DNA of 64,000 bases, taken from NCBI GenBank assembly GCA_052388175.1, contig JBQTIL010000040.1, forward strand, positions 961 through 64,960, given 5' to 3'. The position numbers were made by a program, and so were the translations under genes. This document shows, in pieces, positions 48,884 to 58,871 of this stretch. The notes under the pieces were generated by a model. The model was not told where the DNA came from and did no database searches. It was given only the letters and a program-made list of their open reading frames with translations. This stretch comes from Planctomycetaceae bacterium (GTDB taxonomy: Bacteria; Planctomycetota; Planctomycetia; Planctomycetales; Planctomycetaceae). Every line of letters starts with the position of its first letter. The first letter of the stretch is position 1.

Positions 48884-49642
48884 AAAAGGTGTCAGGAACC
48901 ATTTTTAGGCCTGCACCTCCTTTCGTGGCCGGCCGATCGGTTTGAGCGTCGATTCCAGCCCCAGCCGCGCGGCGGACCGTTCCGTCCAGCGGTCGTCGCC
49001 GTAGGGAGCGCCGCGCTGGATCGAGCGGCGGATCGTCGCCACTTCGGCCTCCGTCTGAGGCGCGTTCACGAAATCGACCCAGTTCGCAGATCGCCGAATC
49101 GGCCAAGGATGCAACAGTCCGGCCAGGGGGCCGCCTTTGACAAACCGCGACAGACTTCCCCACCGCCACTCCTCGGCCCGATCGCATAACCGGGCCCGCA
49201 GGGCGTTCCGCTCGACGTACCGGCACAGCGAAAGAAAATGTCCGTCCTCCTGCACGGGGAACGATTTGAAGCGCCCCTGATAGAGATGTCCCGTTCCGGC
49301 TGAATTCCGATGCGCGTGCCAGCGCTGCGTGTGCGTCAGCGTCAGCCAGCCCGTAAAGCGCGAGAGGTCGCCGTCCTCGTGCGGCCAGAGGACGAGGTGC
49401 CAGTGGTTGGGCATCAGGCACCAGGCGAGCAGGCGCATCTTCTCGCGCTCGCAGGCCTCTTCGAGAATGGCCTCGAACGCATCGTAGTCGGCGTCCTTGG
49501 AGAAGATCGTCATCCGCGCATTGGCGCGGTTGAGCACATGGTACACCATCCCCCCGGTCGCGGCTCGCTTTGGTCGTCCCATGCCAAGGACAATAGCCCT
49601 GCCACCCGCCGCCGTCAACAGAAACGGTTCCTGACACCTTTT
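48884..49642 (-). mobile_element. REP-associated tyrosine transposase (RAYT) unit bounded by a perfect 17-bp inverted repeat
   Basis: AAAAGGTGTCAGGAACC at 48884..48900 and its exact reverse complement GGTTCCTGACACCTTTT at 49626..49642 enclose only the Y1-transposase ORF. Confidence 0.8.
48905..49618 (-). CDS. IS200-like Y1 transposase / REP-associated tyrosine transposase
   Basis: Has YHVLNRANARMTIF, the HUH motif in MPNHWHLVLWP and the catalytic Tyr context CRYVERNALRA. The likely start is the second ATG at 49582 (MGRPKRAATGGMVYHV). Confidence 0.85.
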   Translation of the reverse strand: MTAAGGRAIVLGMGRPKRAATGGMVYHVLNRANARMTIFSKDADYDAFEAILEEACEREKMRLLAWCLMPNHWHLVLWPHEDGDLSRFTGWLTLTHTQRWHAHRNSAGTGHLYQGRFKSFPVQEDGHFLSLCRYVERNALRARLCDRAEEWRWGSLSRFVKGGPLAGLLHPWPIRRSANWVDFVNAPQTEAEVATIRRSIQRGAPYGDDRWTERSAARLGLESTLKPIGRPRKEVQA

Positions 49643-49693
49643 ATTTCCTTTTATTTCCTCTGGCCGGCAAAGCCGACCCTACGCGACTGCCGC

Positions 49694-49712
49694 CACGCCC
49701 TTTCAGGGCGTG
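49694..49712 (-). terminator. Candidate stem-loop after the small ORF that ends the copA operon
   Basis: CACGCCCT-TTC-AGGGCGTG, an 8-bp stem, lies 13 nt downstream of the stop at 49725. There is no clear U-tract. Confidence 0.3.
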
Positions 49713-49724
49713 CCACCCGACCCG

Positions 49725-50024
49725 CTACGGCTTGCTGCGAGGGCCGGCGGGCTTCTTGATCACGCCCGATTGAATGTCTTTGAGCACTTCGGCGAGCGGG
49801 GCCGGGTCGGCGGCTTTGACGATGTGCTCGATGCGCGACTCGGGGACCCCCAGCCGACTCATCAGCGCCCGGGCCTGCTCCCAGAGGCGCGCGGTCTTTT
49901 TTCCCGCAGCGCTCTGCAGGTAGAGGTTCGTCACCAGTTCGCCGAGCTTCTGTTCGTCGACCTGATCACGATTGTCGTAATACCGCTTGATGATCTTCTT
50001 CTGATAGTCGGTGTGGTCGGGCAT
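49725..50024 (-). CDS. Small conserved-looking hypothetical protein (99 aa)
   Basis: Composition is balanced, charged and helical (MPDHTDYQKKIIKRYYDNRDQVDEQKLGELVTNLYL...). It lies 44 nt downstream of the copA stop on the same strand. Confidence 0.5.
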   Translation of the reverse strand: MPDHTDYQKKIIKRYYDNRDQVDEQKLGELVTNLYLQSAAGKKTARLWEQARALMSRLGVPESRIEHIVKAADPAPLAEVLKDIQSGVIKKPAGPRSKP

Positions 50025-50068
50025 TTTCCGGGAAATGCAGGGAACGGGATCGTGGGGCGATCGGCCGC

Positions 50069-52600
50069 TCAGGAATGGATTTCGGTCGCGGACAGAATCG
50101 GCAGAGCGGTCGTGGTCGCGGGTGTCGGATCGTTGGGTGAGGGTGGGGGGTGATCTGGCGTCGACGGATGCGCCGTGCGCGATTGGCGGTGCTTTACGCC
50201 GCCGTCGGGTTTCGACGCCAAAACCGGCCGGAACCTGCGCAATCGCAGGCTGTTCGTGACGACGGAAACGCTGCTGGCAGCCATCGCGGCGCTGGCGATC
50301 ATGGGGTTCAACAGCAGCCCGAAGAGGGGGTACAAGACGCCTGCCGCCAGCGGAATACCGAGGGAATTGTAGATAAACGCGAAGAACAGGTTCTGCCTGA
50401 TGGTCTGCATGGTGGCGCGCGAGAGATCGAGCGCGGTGACGACGCCGACTAAGTCGCTGCCGATCAGCGTCACGTCGGCCGCTTCGATGGCGACATCGGT
50501 GCCCGTGCCGATGGCGAACCCGACGTCGGCCTGAGCCAGGGCCGGCGCGTCGTTGATGCCGTCGCCGACCATGCCGACCTTCCGGCCCTCGGCTTGGCGG
50601 GCGACGATTTTCTCGGCCTTCTGACCCGGCTGCACGTCGGCCCAGACCGTCGAAATGCCGACCTGGCGCGCGACGGCATCGGCCGTGCGACGGTTGTCGC
50701 CGGTCAGCATGACGACTTCCAGGCCACTCGCGCGCAGCAGCAAGATGGCGACGTGCGAGTTTTCTTTAACCGTGTCGGCGACGGCGATCAGGCCCGCGGG
50801 CGCTGTGTCGATCGCCACGAAGACCGGCGTTTTGCCCTGGGCGGCCAGGGCGGCGGCCTGGTCGGCGAGGGGCCCGGGGTCGATCTGCGCTTCTCGAAGC
50901 AGGGTTTCGTTGCCGACGATGACCGTGCTCGACTGCCGAGGCGAGTGTTCCGAACCGCCCCAGCGCACGCTCGCGCGCACGCCTTTGCCGGGAAGTGATT
51001 CGAAGTCGTCTGGTGCGAGCAGTTCGAGCCCCTCGTCGCGCGCCTGACGGACGAGCGCCTCGCCCAGGGGATGTTCCGAACCATGCTCGACAGAGGCGGC
51101 AAGCTGCAACAGCGTCTCGCGCGCCAAGGACTGCGCGGGGGGGGCCGCGACCGGAAGAACATCGGTCACCCGCGGTTCGCCGCGGGTGATGGTACCGGTT
51201 TTGTCGAGCACGATCGTATCGAGGCGGCAGGCCGATTCGAGGGCGGCGGCGCTTTTGATCAGCACGCCGTATTCAGCCCCTTTGCCGATGCCCACCATGA
51301 TGGCCGTCGGGGTCGCCAGCCCTAGCGCACAGGGGCAGGCGATAATCAGCACGTTCACGGCGCAGGTCAACGCCAAGGGGAAGGCGTTGCCGGCGGGCCC
51401 GAACGCGAGCCACGCCAGGAAGGTCAAAGTCGCGAGACCTAAAACGGCGGGGACGAACCAGGCGCTGATCTGGTCGGCGAGCCGCGCGATCGGCGCCTTG
51501 GAGCCCTGCGCTTCGCCGACCAGCCGTACGATCTGTGCGAGCACGGTGTCACGGCCGACTTTCTCGGCCCGAAACCGAAAACTGCCGGTCTTATTGAGCG
51601 TCCCGCCGACGACGGCCGCCCCCGGCCCTTTTTCGACGGGGAGCGGTTCGCCGGTGAGCATTGATTCGTCGATCGATGACCGACCTTCGACGAGCGTGCC
51701 ATCGACCGGAATGCGCTCTCCCGGTCGCACGACGACGACGTCTCCCACGACGACCTGTTCGAGGGGTACCTGCCGCTCGCTCCCATCGCGAATCACGCTG
51801 GCGGTCTTCGCCTGCAGGCCCAAAAGTTTTTTGATGGCTTGTGAGCTCTTGCCGCGCGCCCGCTCTTCGAGCAACTGCCCCAGTAACACAAAGAAGGTGA
51901 TCATCGCGGCCGCTTCGTAGTAGACGTGCGGCATCTCGTGGTCAGAGGTCGCGCCGAAATGCGGAAACAGCGTCGCCAGGACGCTGGCGACAAATGCGGC
52001 GCCGGTTCCCAGAGCGATCAGCGTGAACATGTCGGCCGTCAGGTGCTTCGCCGATTTCCAGGCCCGCACGAAGAACGGCCCGCCCGCCCAAAAGACGACG
52101 GGCGCCGTGAGCACCAGCAGCAGCCAGTTGCGGCCGGGAAACATGATGTCGGCCATGCTGATCACGGCGACCGGAATGGCGAGCGCCCCGGCGACGAAGA
52201 GCCGGCGGAGAAGGTCGGCATATTCGAACGTGTGGTGTTCGTGAGCGAGGGCGTGCGGCTCGTGGGCAGCGGCCGACGTACCGGCGCCTGCGTGCGAGTC
52301 GTGGTGCCGGTGCGGGTCGTGCGCAGGCTCGGCGGTGACGCCTGCCGGCTGGGCCCCGTAGCCGATCGCTTCGACGGCGTGCCGAATTCGATTCACGTCG
52401 GCACGGGCCGGGTCGAACGTCACCCGGGCCTCGCGCGTGGCGAGATTGACGCTGGCCGCATCGACGCCGGGGACGGCCGAAATGGCTTTTTCGATGCGCG
52501 CGACGCAACTCGCGCAGTGCATGCCTTCGATGCGGAAGAGAGAACTTCGAAACACCTGGGAGCCTCGCGGATTGCGGTCATTGTACCGCAGGCGCGGCAT
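50069..52600 (-). CDS. copA: Copper(I)-translocating P1B-type ATPase
   Basis: Has an HMA domain with GMHCASCV, a His-rich linker ([10 protein letters not shown]...[11 protein letters not shown]), TM CPC motif [19 protein letters not shown], and GDGINDAP. The Cu(I) signature residues YNSLGIP and MAASSVSV are present. Confidence 0.95.
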   Translation of the reverse strand: MPRLRYNDRNPRGSQVFRSSLFRIEGMHCASCVARIEKAISAVPGVDAASVNLATREARVTFDPARADVNRIRHAVEAIGYGAQPAGVTAEPAHDPHRHHDSHAGAGTSAAAHEPHALAHEHHTFEYADLLRRLFVAGALAIPVAVISMADIMFPGRNWLLLVLTAPVVFWAGGPFFVRAWKSAKHLTADMFTLIALGTGAAFVASVLATLFPHFGATSDHEMPHVYYEAAAMITFFVLLGQLLEERARGKSSQAIKKLLGLQAKTASVIRDGSERQVPLEQVVVGDVVVVRPGERIPVDGTLVEGRSSIDESMLTGEPLPVEKGPGAAVVGGTLNKTGSFRFRAEKVGRDTVLAQIVRLVGEAQGSKAPIARLADQISAWFVPAVLGLATLTFLAWLAFGPAGNAFPLALTCAVNVLIIACPCALGLATPTAIMVGIGKGAEYGVLIKSAAALESACRLDTIVLDKTGTITRGEPRVTDVLPVAAPPAQSLARETLLQLAASVEHGSEHPLGEALVRQARDEGLELLAPDDFESLPGKGVRASVRWGGSEHSPRQSSTVIVGNETLLREAQIDPGPLADQAAALAAQGKTPVFVAIDTAPAGLIAVADTVKENSHVAILLLRASGLEVVMLTGDNRRTADAVARQVGISTVWADVQPGQKAEKIVARQAEGRKVGMVGDGINDAPALAQADVGFAIGTGTDVAIEAADVTLIGSDLVGVVTALDLSRATMQTIRQNLFFAFIYNSLGIPLAAGVLYPLFGLLLNPMIASAAMAASSVSVVTNSLRLRRFRPVLASKPDGGVKHRQSRTAHPSTPDHPPPSPNDPTPATTTALPILSATEIHS

Positions 52601-54057
52601 CAGGCCAGAATCGGGCGAACGATTTCTCCGGCCACGTCGGTCAAACGGAAATCGCGCCCCTGGAACCTGTAGGTCAGCCGCAGGTGGTCGATTCCCAGCA
52701 GGTGCAGAATCGTGGCGTGAAAGTCATGCACGTGAACGACATCCTGCACGGCCTCGTAACCCAGTTCGTCGGTGGCCCCGTGCGAAATGCCCCCCCGGAT
52801 GCCGCCACCGGTCATCCAGATCGAGAAACCCTTGATGTGGTGGTCGCGGCCGTTCCCCTGGGCCATCGGCGTGCGACCGAATTCGCCGCCCCAGATCAGC
52901 AGCGTGTCTTTGAGCATGTCGCGCTGTTTCAGATCGTGGATGAGGGCGGCACAGGCCTGATCGACTTCCCTGGCGGTGCCGGCGGTGTCGGCTTTCACCT
53001 TGCCGTGATGGTCCCAATCGCGATGGTACAACTGAATGAATCGCACGCCGCGTTCGGCGAGCCGCCGGGCCAGCAGGCAGTTGGCGGCGAACGAGCCGTC
53101 GCCCCCTTCCGTGCCGTAAAGTTCGAAGATGTGTTTGGGCTCGCCCGAGACGTCCATCAGCTCCGGCACGCTGGCCTGCATGCGAAACGCCGTTTCATAG
53201 GCGCTGATGCGGGTGGCGATCTCAGGGTCGTCGACGAGATTGTTTTCCTGTCGATTGAGTTCCTGCACGGCATTGACGATGTCGCGCTGCCGCTCGACGG
53301 TCACTCCGGCCGGGTTCCGCACGTAGAGCACCGGTTCGCCCTGAGAGCGGAACTCGACCCCCTGGAAGCGGCTGGGAAGAAACCCGCTGTGCCACTGCCG
53401 CGCCGCAATCGGCTGAGCCTGCCCGAATTTTCCGGTGGAGGTCATCACGACGAACCCGGGCAGGTTGTCGCTGTCGCTGCCCAGGCCATAGTTGATCCAG
53501 GCGCCCATGGCCGGGCGGCCGGAAATCGTGGTGCCAGTGTTCATGAAGGTGTGCGCAGGGTCGTGATTGATGGCTTCGGTGACCATCGAGCGGATGACGC
53601 ACAGCTCGTCGGCGACGGTGCCCAGGTGCGGAAAGATCTCGCTGATTTCCTGCCCCGAGGCGCCAAACCTGCGAAACGCATGCTGCGGCCCGAAGCACTT
53701 GAGCTTGGCCCCCTGCAACTGGGCGATGGGCTTGCCTTTGGTGAACGATTCGGGCATCGGCTCGCCATCCATCTCGGCAAGCGTGGGTTTGTAGTCGAAC
53801 GTTTCGAGGTGAGAAGGGCCGCCGGCCATGCAGAGGTAGATGACCCGCTTGGCCCTGGCGGGATGATGCAGCGGGCTGACGATGCCATTCCAGCGATCGA
53901 CCGATGGTGCGACCGCGTCTGCGACGATTTTCGCGCGAGGCGCCAAAAGCGGCCGCAGGGCCGCTTCGAGCACGGCGGCGCCGATGCCCGCAGTGGCCGT
54001 GCGCAAGAATGCGCGGCGGCGAAACTGTTCTGTCAGGCGGCTCTCAACAGGCGACAT
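52600..54057 (-). CDS. DUF1501 domain protein (sulfatase/alkaline-phosphatase superfamily-like) with a Tat signal
   Basis: Has the twin-arginine leader [19 protein letters not shown], a DUF1501-typical core ([13 protein letters not shown]...) and the C-terminal [12 protein letters not shown]. Its stop codon overlaps the annotated copA start by 1 nt. Confidence 0.93.
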   Translation of the reverse strand: MSPVESRLTEQFRRRAFLRTATAGIGAAVLEAALRPLLAPRAKIVADAVAPSVDRWNGIVSPLHHPARAKRVIYLCMAGGPSHLETFDYKPTLAEMDGEPMPESFTKGKPIAQLQGAKLKCFGPQHAFRRFGASGQEISEIFPHLGTVADELCVIRSMVTEAINHDPAHTFMNTGTTISGRPAMGAWINYGLGSDSDNLPGFVVMTSTGKFGQAQPIAARQWHSGFLPSRFQGVEFRSQGEPVLYVRNPAGVTVERQRDIVNAVQELNRQENNLVDDPEIATRISAYETAFRMQASVPELMDVSGEPKHIFELYGTEGGDGSFAANCLLARRLAERGVRFIQLYHRDWDHHGKVKADTAGTAREVDQACAALIHDLKQRDMLKDTLLIWGGEFGRTPMAQGNGRDHHIKGFSIWMTGGGIRGGISHGATDELGYEAVQDVVHVHDFHATILHLLGIDHLRLTYRFQGRDFRLTDVAGEIVRPILA

Positions 54058-54137
54058 GACAATCTCCCGCGCAACTGTTGCAAATCGAACCCGGACTGGC
54101 CCGCGAACGAAGGGTCGGTTTCGGGCGTCGGTATGAA

Positions 54138-57100
54138 TCAGTTCCTCGTGACCATTTCATGCAGGTTGAAGAGGGCCCGCGCGACCGACGTCCACGCGGC
54201 GAATTCAGCGGCATTCAGGTCGGAAGGAGCGGGCCGATCGCCGACTTTGAGTGATTCGTCAGCCGCCTTGCCGTCGGATTGATACTGGCCGAGGTGCTTC
54301 TGATACAGGGCGGAAAGCAGCGTGATTTCTTCGGGCCGCGGTTTTCGCGAGAGCGCCTGGATGTAGGCGTAGTCGAGCCGCGCCGGGACGTCGGAGCCGC
54401 CCTCTCGCAGGACCCGCTCGGCGAACGCCCGGGCCGCTTCAACGTAGCTGGGGTCGTTCAGCAGGGCCAGCGCTTGCAAAGGCGTGTTGGAACGCGGTCG
54501 ATCGGCGTTGCACTCTTCGCGAGTCGGGGCATCGAATGCTTTCAGGCTGGGGTGCAGAAACGTGCGGCACCAGTACGTGTACAGGCCGCGGCGATAAAGG
54601 CCATCACCCGCATCATTTTTCCATTCGCGCGGCGGAAAGTTGAGGTAAGCCCAGTAACCACCCGGCTGATAAGGCCTGACACTGGCGCCACCCAAGCGCC
54701 GAACGAGCAGACCGCTGACGGCCAGCGCGTTGTCGCGAACGGTTTCGGCGTCGAGTCGGTAGCGGCCCTGGCGCGCGAGCCATTGATTGTACGGGTCGCG
54801 CTGCCGCAATGATTCATCGGCGAGCGACGATTGCCGGTACGTGCCCGACATGACGAGCAGCTTGACGATCCGTTTGACGTCCCACGCGACCGGTTGTGGG
54901 GCGGCCTGTGAACTTGAGGTGGCCGGCGAAGCGAATTCGAGGGCCAGCCAGTCGAGCAGGTCGGGGTGCGTAGGGGGCGTTCCCTGGGCGCCGAAATCTT
55001 CAACGCTTCTGACCAGGCCCTGGCCGAAGGCGATTCTCCACAGGCGATTGACGAAGACGCGGGCCGTCAGCGGGTTCTGCGGCGCCACCAGCCAGCGGGC
55101 GAGATCGAGCCGCGTCAAGCGGCCACCGTCGGCTGCAGGTTGTGTTGTCGAAAGAAAAGCGGGCGCCCCCGGCTGAACGATCTCGCCGGAATCGTCGAGC
55201 CAATTGCCGCGGGGGAGAACCCGAATCGGGCGTGGCGGACCCGACATCGAAACCAGAGTCGTTTTGACCTTCCCCAGCAGGTCTTCTCGCTGCCCTTTCA
55301 GTTTGGCAAGCTCGTTGCGCGGCGCTTCGAGCAGGGGCGTAATCGTGCGGTAGTAGGCCGAGAGTTCCTGTTTCTGCTTTTCGCTGCGGTCAGCCGGCGT
55401 GGTCTTAACGATCTGGGCGATCGCCAGAGGAACCGCCGAAAGCCCTTCGGCGCGAACGGGGCGCGGCGCCTTGGTCACGGCAAATTGAAAATGACCGATT
55501 GTGTGCTGGAAACCGAAACTCTGCTGCATCGAAATCACCAGCAGCGAGTCGTTGTCGCTCCCCAGATCGTCTTTCAATTCGAAAAACGCCTGGTGAGGCT
55601 GGCCCAACCGGCCATACACCGACCAACCCGTGTCGATGTTTCCGTCGATTGCCACGTTGATCGGCGAGTCGTTCTGGGCGTACGTGGCTGAGGCGCCAGA
55701 CCAGTTTACCGGTTTGCCGTCGACGACCGCCTCAAACTCGCTGAGCGCAAAATTTCCATTTTCGCTTCTTCCCGGCCCCTCACGAGACAGGGATTCGTGC
55801 GGCAGGACCTCGAGACGGATCGCCGTCACCTCCTTCAGCGGCAGCCGGAACGTCAATTCGTAGGTGTCGCGGTCGGGGTTTTCGTCAGTCGCTAGAATGG
55901 TTCCGTCCGGCTGGTTGGCCAGGGTCGCCCCCAGGGCCGACTTGAGATCGACCGGCGTGATGTGCGTCCATTCGATCTGCCGATTCGACAGCGACTGTTC
56001 CCATGCGGCCTGGGCAAGTTCGAGTTCGGCCGTCTGAGTGTCAACGATCTCCTTGAGCGGCGCGATTTGCGCGTCGAAGGCTGCCAGCCGGGCGGCCTCG
56101 TCGGGCGTGGGGAATTTCGTCCCGCGCTGCTCGCCGATGGCCGTTTCCTGGATGTCGGCAAAGAACGCGGCCAAGCTGTAAAAATCGCGCATGCTGAACG
56201 GGTCGTACTTGTGGTCGTGGCATTCGCAGCACCCCATGGTGCCTGCCAACCAGACGGCTGAGAAGTTGCGGACGCGGTCGGCCGAGTACTTTGCCAGGTA
56301 TTCCTTCGCCTGCGCGCCTCCTTCGCGCGTGGTCATCAAGAGCCGGTTGTAACCAGAGGCGATGCGTTGGTCGTCGGTCGGATCGGCGCACAGGTCACCG
56401 GCCAGTTGGTCGATCGTGAAGCGGTCGAAGGGCAGGTTTTCGTTGAACGAGCGTATGACCCAGTCGCGATACAAATCGCGGTCTTCGTGATTGTCACCGT
56501 GATAACCGCAAGTGTCGGCGTAACGCACCAGGTCGAGCCAGAACATCGCCATGCGCTCGCCGAATTGCGGCGACATGAGCAGCCGGTCGACGAGGCGTTC
56601 GTAGGCGTTTTCTGCGCGGTCGCTCACAAAGTCGGCCACTTCATCGGGCGTGGGTGGCAGGCCGGTCAGGTCGAAGCTCAGGCGACGAATGAGTGTCGGG
56701 CGGTCTGAATTCGCGGAGGGCGCGAGGCGTCGATCGCGTAAGCGGCGCAGAATAAACCGGTCGACGTCGTTCACGACAAAACTGTGATCGTCGGCTACGT
56801 CGGGTACGACCGGCCGCTCGGGTAGCACGTAGGCCCAATGCCCCTGCCATTGGCCCCCCTGCGCAATCCAGCGGCGGATAAGGTTGATTTCGCCCGGAGA
56901 AAGCTGTCGGGCCGATTTGGGCGGAGGCATTCTGGCCTCGGGGTCGGTTTCGATCAGCCGGGCATACAGCTCGCTTTCGTCGAGTTTTCCGGGCACTACC
57001 AGGGTCCGGCCGTCTGGCGTCTCGTACAGGTCCTGCCGGAGGTCAAGCCGCAAGTCGGCTTTACGCTGATTCTTGTCGGGACCATGACACTGATAACACG

Positions 57101-57245
57101 CGTCGGAAAGAATCGGCCGGATGTCGCGGCTGAAGCTGACCCGCGTGTCGGCCGGTTCATCAGCCCCGGCGATAGTCCCTGCGAGGGTCACCACCAGCGT
57201 GGGCACCAGCGACGAGCGCATTGTCATTCGAGTTCGGCGTGGCAT
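54138..57245 (-). CDS. PSCyt1/DUF1549/DUF1553 planctomycete cytochrome-c-domain protein
   Basis: 1035 aa with a signal peptide and heme-binding CYQCHGPDKNQRKADLRLD (PSCyt1). The DUF1549 region is ...RRLSFDLTGLPPTPDEV.. and the DUF1553 C-terminus is ...FDAPTREECNADRPRSNTPLQALALLNDP... Confidence 0.93.
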   Translation of the reverse strand: MPRRTRMTMRSSLVPTLVVTLAGTIAGADEPADTRVSFSRDIRPILSDACYQCHGPDKNQRKADLRLDLRQDLYETPDGRTLVVPGKLDESELYARLIETDPEARMPPPKSARQLSPGEINLIRRWIAQGGQWQGHWAYVLPERPVVPDVADDHSFVVNDVDRFILRRLRDRRLAPSANSDRPTLIRRLSFDLTGLPPTPDEVADFVSDRAENAYERLVDRLLMSPQFGERMAMFWLDLVRYADTCGYHGDNHEDRDLYRDWVIRSFNENLPFDRFTIDQLAGDLCADPTDDQRIASGYNRLLMTTREGGAQAKEYLAKYSADRVRNFSAVWLAGTMGCCECHDHKYDPFSMRDFYSLAAFFADIQETAIGEQRGTKFPTPDEAARLAAFDAQIAPLKEIVDTQTAELELAQAAWEQSLSNRQIEWTHITPVDLKSALGATLANQPDGTILATDENPDRDTYELTFRLPLKEVTAIRLEVLPHESLSREGPGRSENGNFALSEFEAVVDGKPVNWSGASATYAQNDSPINVAIDGNIDTGWSVYGRLGQPHQAFFELKDDLGSDNDSLLVISMQQSFGFQHTIGHFQFAVTKAPRPVRAEGLSAVPLAIAQIVKTTPADRSEKQKQELSAYYRTITPLLEAPRNELAKLKGQREDLLGKVKTTLVSMSGPPRPIRVLPRGNWLDDSGEIVQPGAPAFLSTTQPAADGGRLTRLDLARWLVAPQNPLTARVFVNRLWRIAFGQGLVRSVEDFGAQGTPPTHPDLLDWLALEFASPATSSSQAAPQPVAWDVKRIVKLLVMSGTYRQSSLADESLRQRDPYNQWLARQGRYRLDAETVRDNALAVSGLLVRRLGGASVRPYQPGGYWAYLNFPPREWKNDAGDGLYRRGLYTYWCRTFLHPSLKAFDAPTREECNADRPRSNTPLQALALLNDPSYVEAARAFAERVLREGGSDVPARLDYAYIQALSRKPRPEEITLLSALYQKHLGQYQSDGKAADESLKVGDRPAPSDLNAAEFAAWTSVARALFNLHEMVTRN

Positions 57246-58094
57246 GCTCTCGGATCTTGCAACGGGTTTGCTGAACGATCGGTAGGTAAATCCTACCGAG
57301 ACGGGGGCCCGCGGACCAGCTTGACGTGTGAGCCGCGCTGCGGCCCAGGCCGGCGCTCAACTGGTTCGCATCGCAAGTTTCCGGCTTCACGATGTGCACA
57401 CAATCGCCGAGACGGGCTGCCTGTCGGCGGCCGATTCGAGTTCGGGTGGGCGAAATTCTTCACAAGTGATTGGCGGCCCGGCGCTTATCGAATTTGTGGT
57501 GTTGCGAGTCGTAGCGCGGCCGAACAATCGGTGTTGACGGAACTCCCGCAGCGCCACGGGTGTTCGTGCCAAAGAGCCTAAAGTCGGCATGGCCCGCGGA
57601 TCGAAAAATTACGTTAGACGGTTAGCGCTGGAAGAACACAAAGAATGCATCTACGCCCTGCGACTGATGCGTTCCGCGATTGGCCTGCACTAACTGTCTG
57701 AGGGGGGATTCGACATGCCGACCGACGCGCTCTGGGGCGATAAGCGCCCGCGCGTCGCGTTTGGGGCATCCGGTCCTCTCTCGAGGTGCTGGAATCTCGC
57801 CGTCTGAATCGGTTCGCACTGCGCGAAGATCTCGGGCGACCGCGGCGCCAACGCCTCGCATCGGACTTTCCATTGTCAGTCGGTTTCCCGCACGAACCAA
57901 CGCCCGTGTAGGGCGGCAGACCGCTGAGGCGAACAACCAACAGCCGTCTTTCAGAACCCGAGACTCGCTTCGACCCAGAACCGCGCTGGCTCGCCAAGAG
58001 GACCATCAGGCACGGAGAGCCGACCAGCTCGGTAGAAGCGACCTCCAGAGGGCCCGCATCCCTCTGCATTGATAAGTCAATTGGAGAGCCTGCT

Positions 58095-58667
58095 ATGAAA
58101 ACGATCTTTACTACTGGACAGGTAGCTAAGATCTGTAAAGTCGCTCCGCGCACCGTCAGCAAATGGTTCGACTCAGGTCGCCTGCGCGGCTATCGCATTC
58201 CCGGTTCGCAAGATCGCCGCATTCCTCGCGAGCACCTGATCCGGTTCCTCAAGGAACACGGCATGCCGCTGGGCGAGCTCGAAGACGAGGCGGTCGGCAA
58301 GATCCTCATCGTCGGCGCCGAGACGTCGATTCGCAACGGCCTGAAGGAACAGATGAACGGAGACACCTTCAAGCTCGATTTCGCCAACAGCGGCTTCGAG
58401 GCGGGCATTCAGGCGGAAGCCCTGCATCCTGATTGTGTCGTCATCGACTTCATGATGGGCCGTAACGAAGCCGTCATGATCGCCCAGAACCTCCGCAAAA
58501 ACGCTGAGTACACCGAAACGGTCCTTGTCGGGCTGCTCAGCGACGAAGACAACTCGAGCGGTTTCGACCGTTCGGTATTCAGCGAAACCTTCCGCAAACC
58601 GTTCGACACGGCTCTCCTCGCCGAACGGATTCGCACCCTCGTCGGTCGCCGCAAGCAGCTCGCCTGA
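58095..58667 (+). CDS. Excisionase/MerR-type HTH domain fused N-terminally to a receiver (REC) domain
   Basis: The HTH_17-like segment is FTTGQVAKICKVAPRTVSKWFDSGRLRGYRIPGSQDRRIPREHL. The REC segment has KILIVGAETS (no DD pair), the phospho-acceptor context CVVIDFMMG, then LLSDED and FRKPF. A GGAGAG sequence precedes the ATG. Confidence 0.8.
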   Translation: MKTIFTTGQVAKICKVAPRTVSKWFDSGRLRGYRIPGSQDRRIPREHLIRFLKEHGMPLGELEDEAVGKILIVGAETSIRNGLKEQMNGDTFKLDFANSGFEAGIQAEALHPDCVVIDFMMGRNEAVMIAQNLRKNAEYTETVLVGLLSDEDNSSGFDRSVFSETFRKPFDTALLAERIRTLVGRRKQLA

Positions 58668-58801
58668 CCTGTCCCGGCTGCGACTCGTGCCCTGACCACG
58701 GGACGTCCCCGGAAGGGGAAGTTCGCCACGGAAGGCTCCGCGGTCAGTCAGGTCCTCGGCACAAGCGCACTCTGACGAGCGTGCAGGTTTCCATTCGACC
58801 G

Positions 58802-58840
58802 GCCCGTCTCCATTACGGAGACGGGCTTGTCTTTTTCTTT
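58802..58840 (+). terminator. Rho-independent terminator
   Basis: GCCCGTCTCC-ATTAC-GGAGACGGGC, a 10-bp perfect stem, is followed by TTGTCTTTTTCTTT. It lies 135 nt downstream of the HTH-REC gene. Confidence 0.75.
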
Positions 58841-58871
58841 GCCGCGCGGCAGGGCTTAGTCGTAGCAACGT

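Noticed and set aside
52684-54282. 532-aa plus-strand ORF
   Set aside because: It is antisense to the DUF1501 gene.
57700-57735. GGGGGGATTCGACATGCCG, reminiscent of the tmRNA 5' end (GGGG...TTCGACG)
   Set aside because: No matching 3' acceptor/T-arm (GGTTCGAnTCC...CCA) is present on either strand in the gap. No plausible tag-peptide reading frame ending in ALAA-like residues was found either.
57614-58162. Track ORFs inside the 850-bp gap (57614..58162 minus, 57680..58072 plus)
   Set aside because: They are Arg/Ser/Ala-rich with low complexity, have no start-site signals, and one overlaps the start of the HTH-REC gene. They are treated as non-coding.
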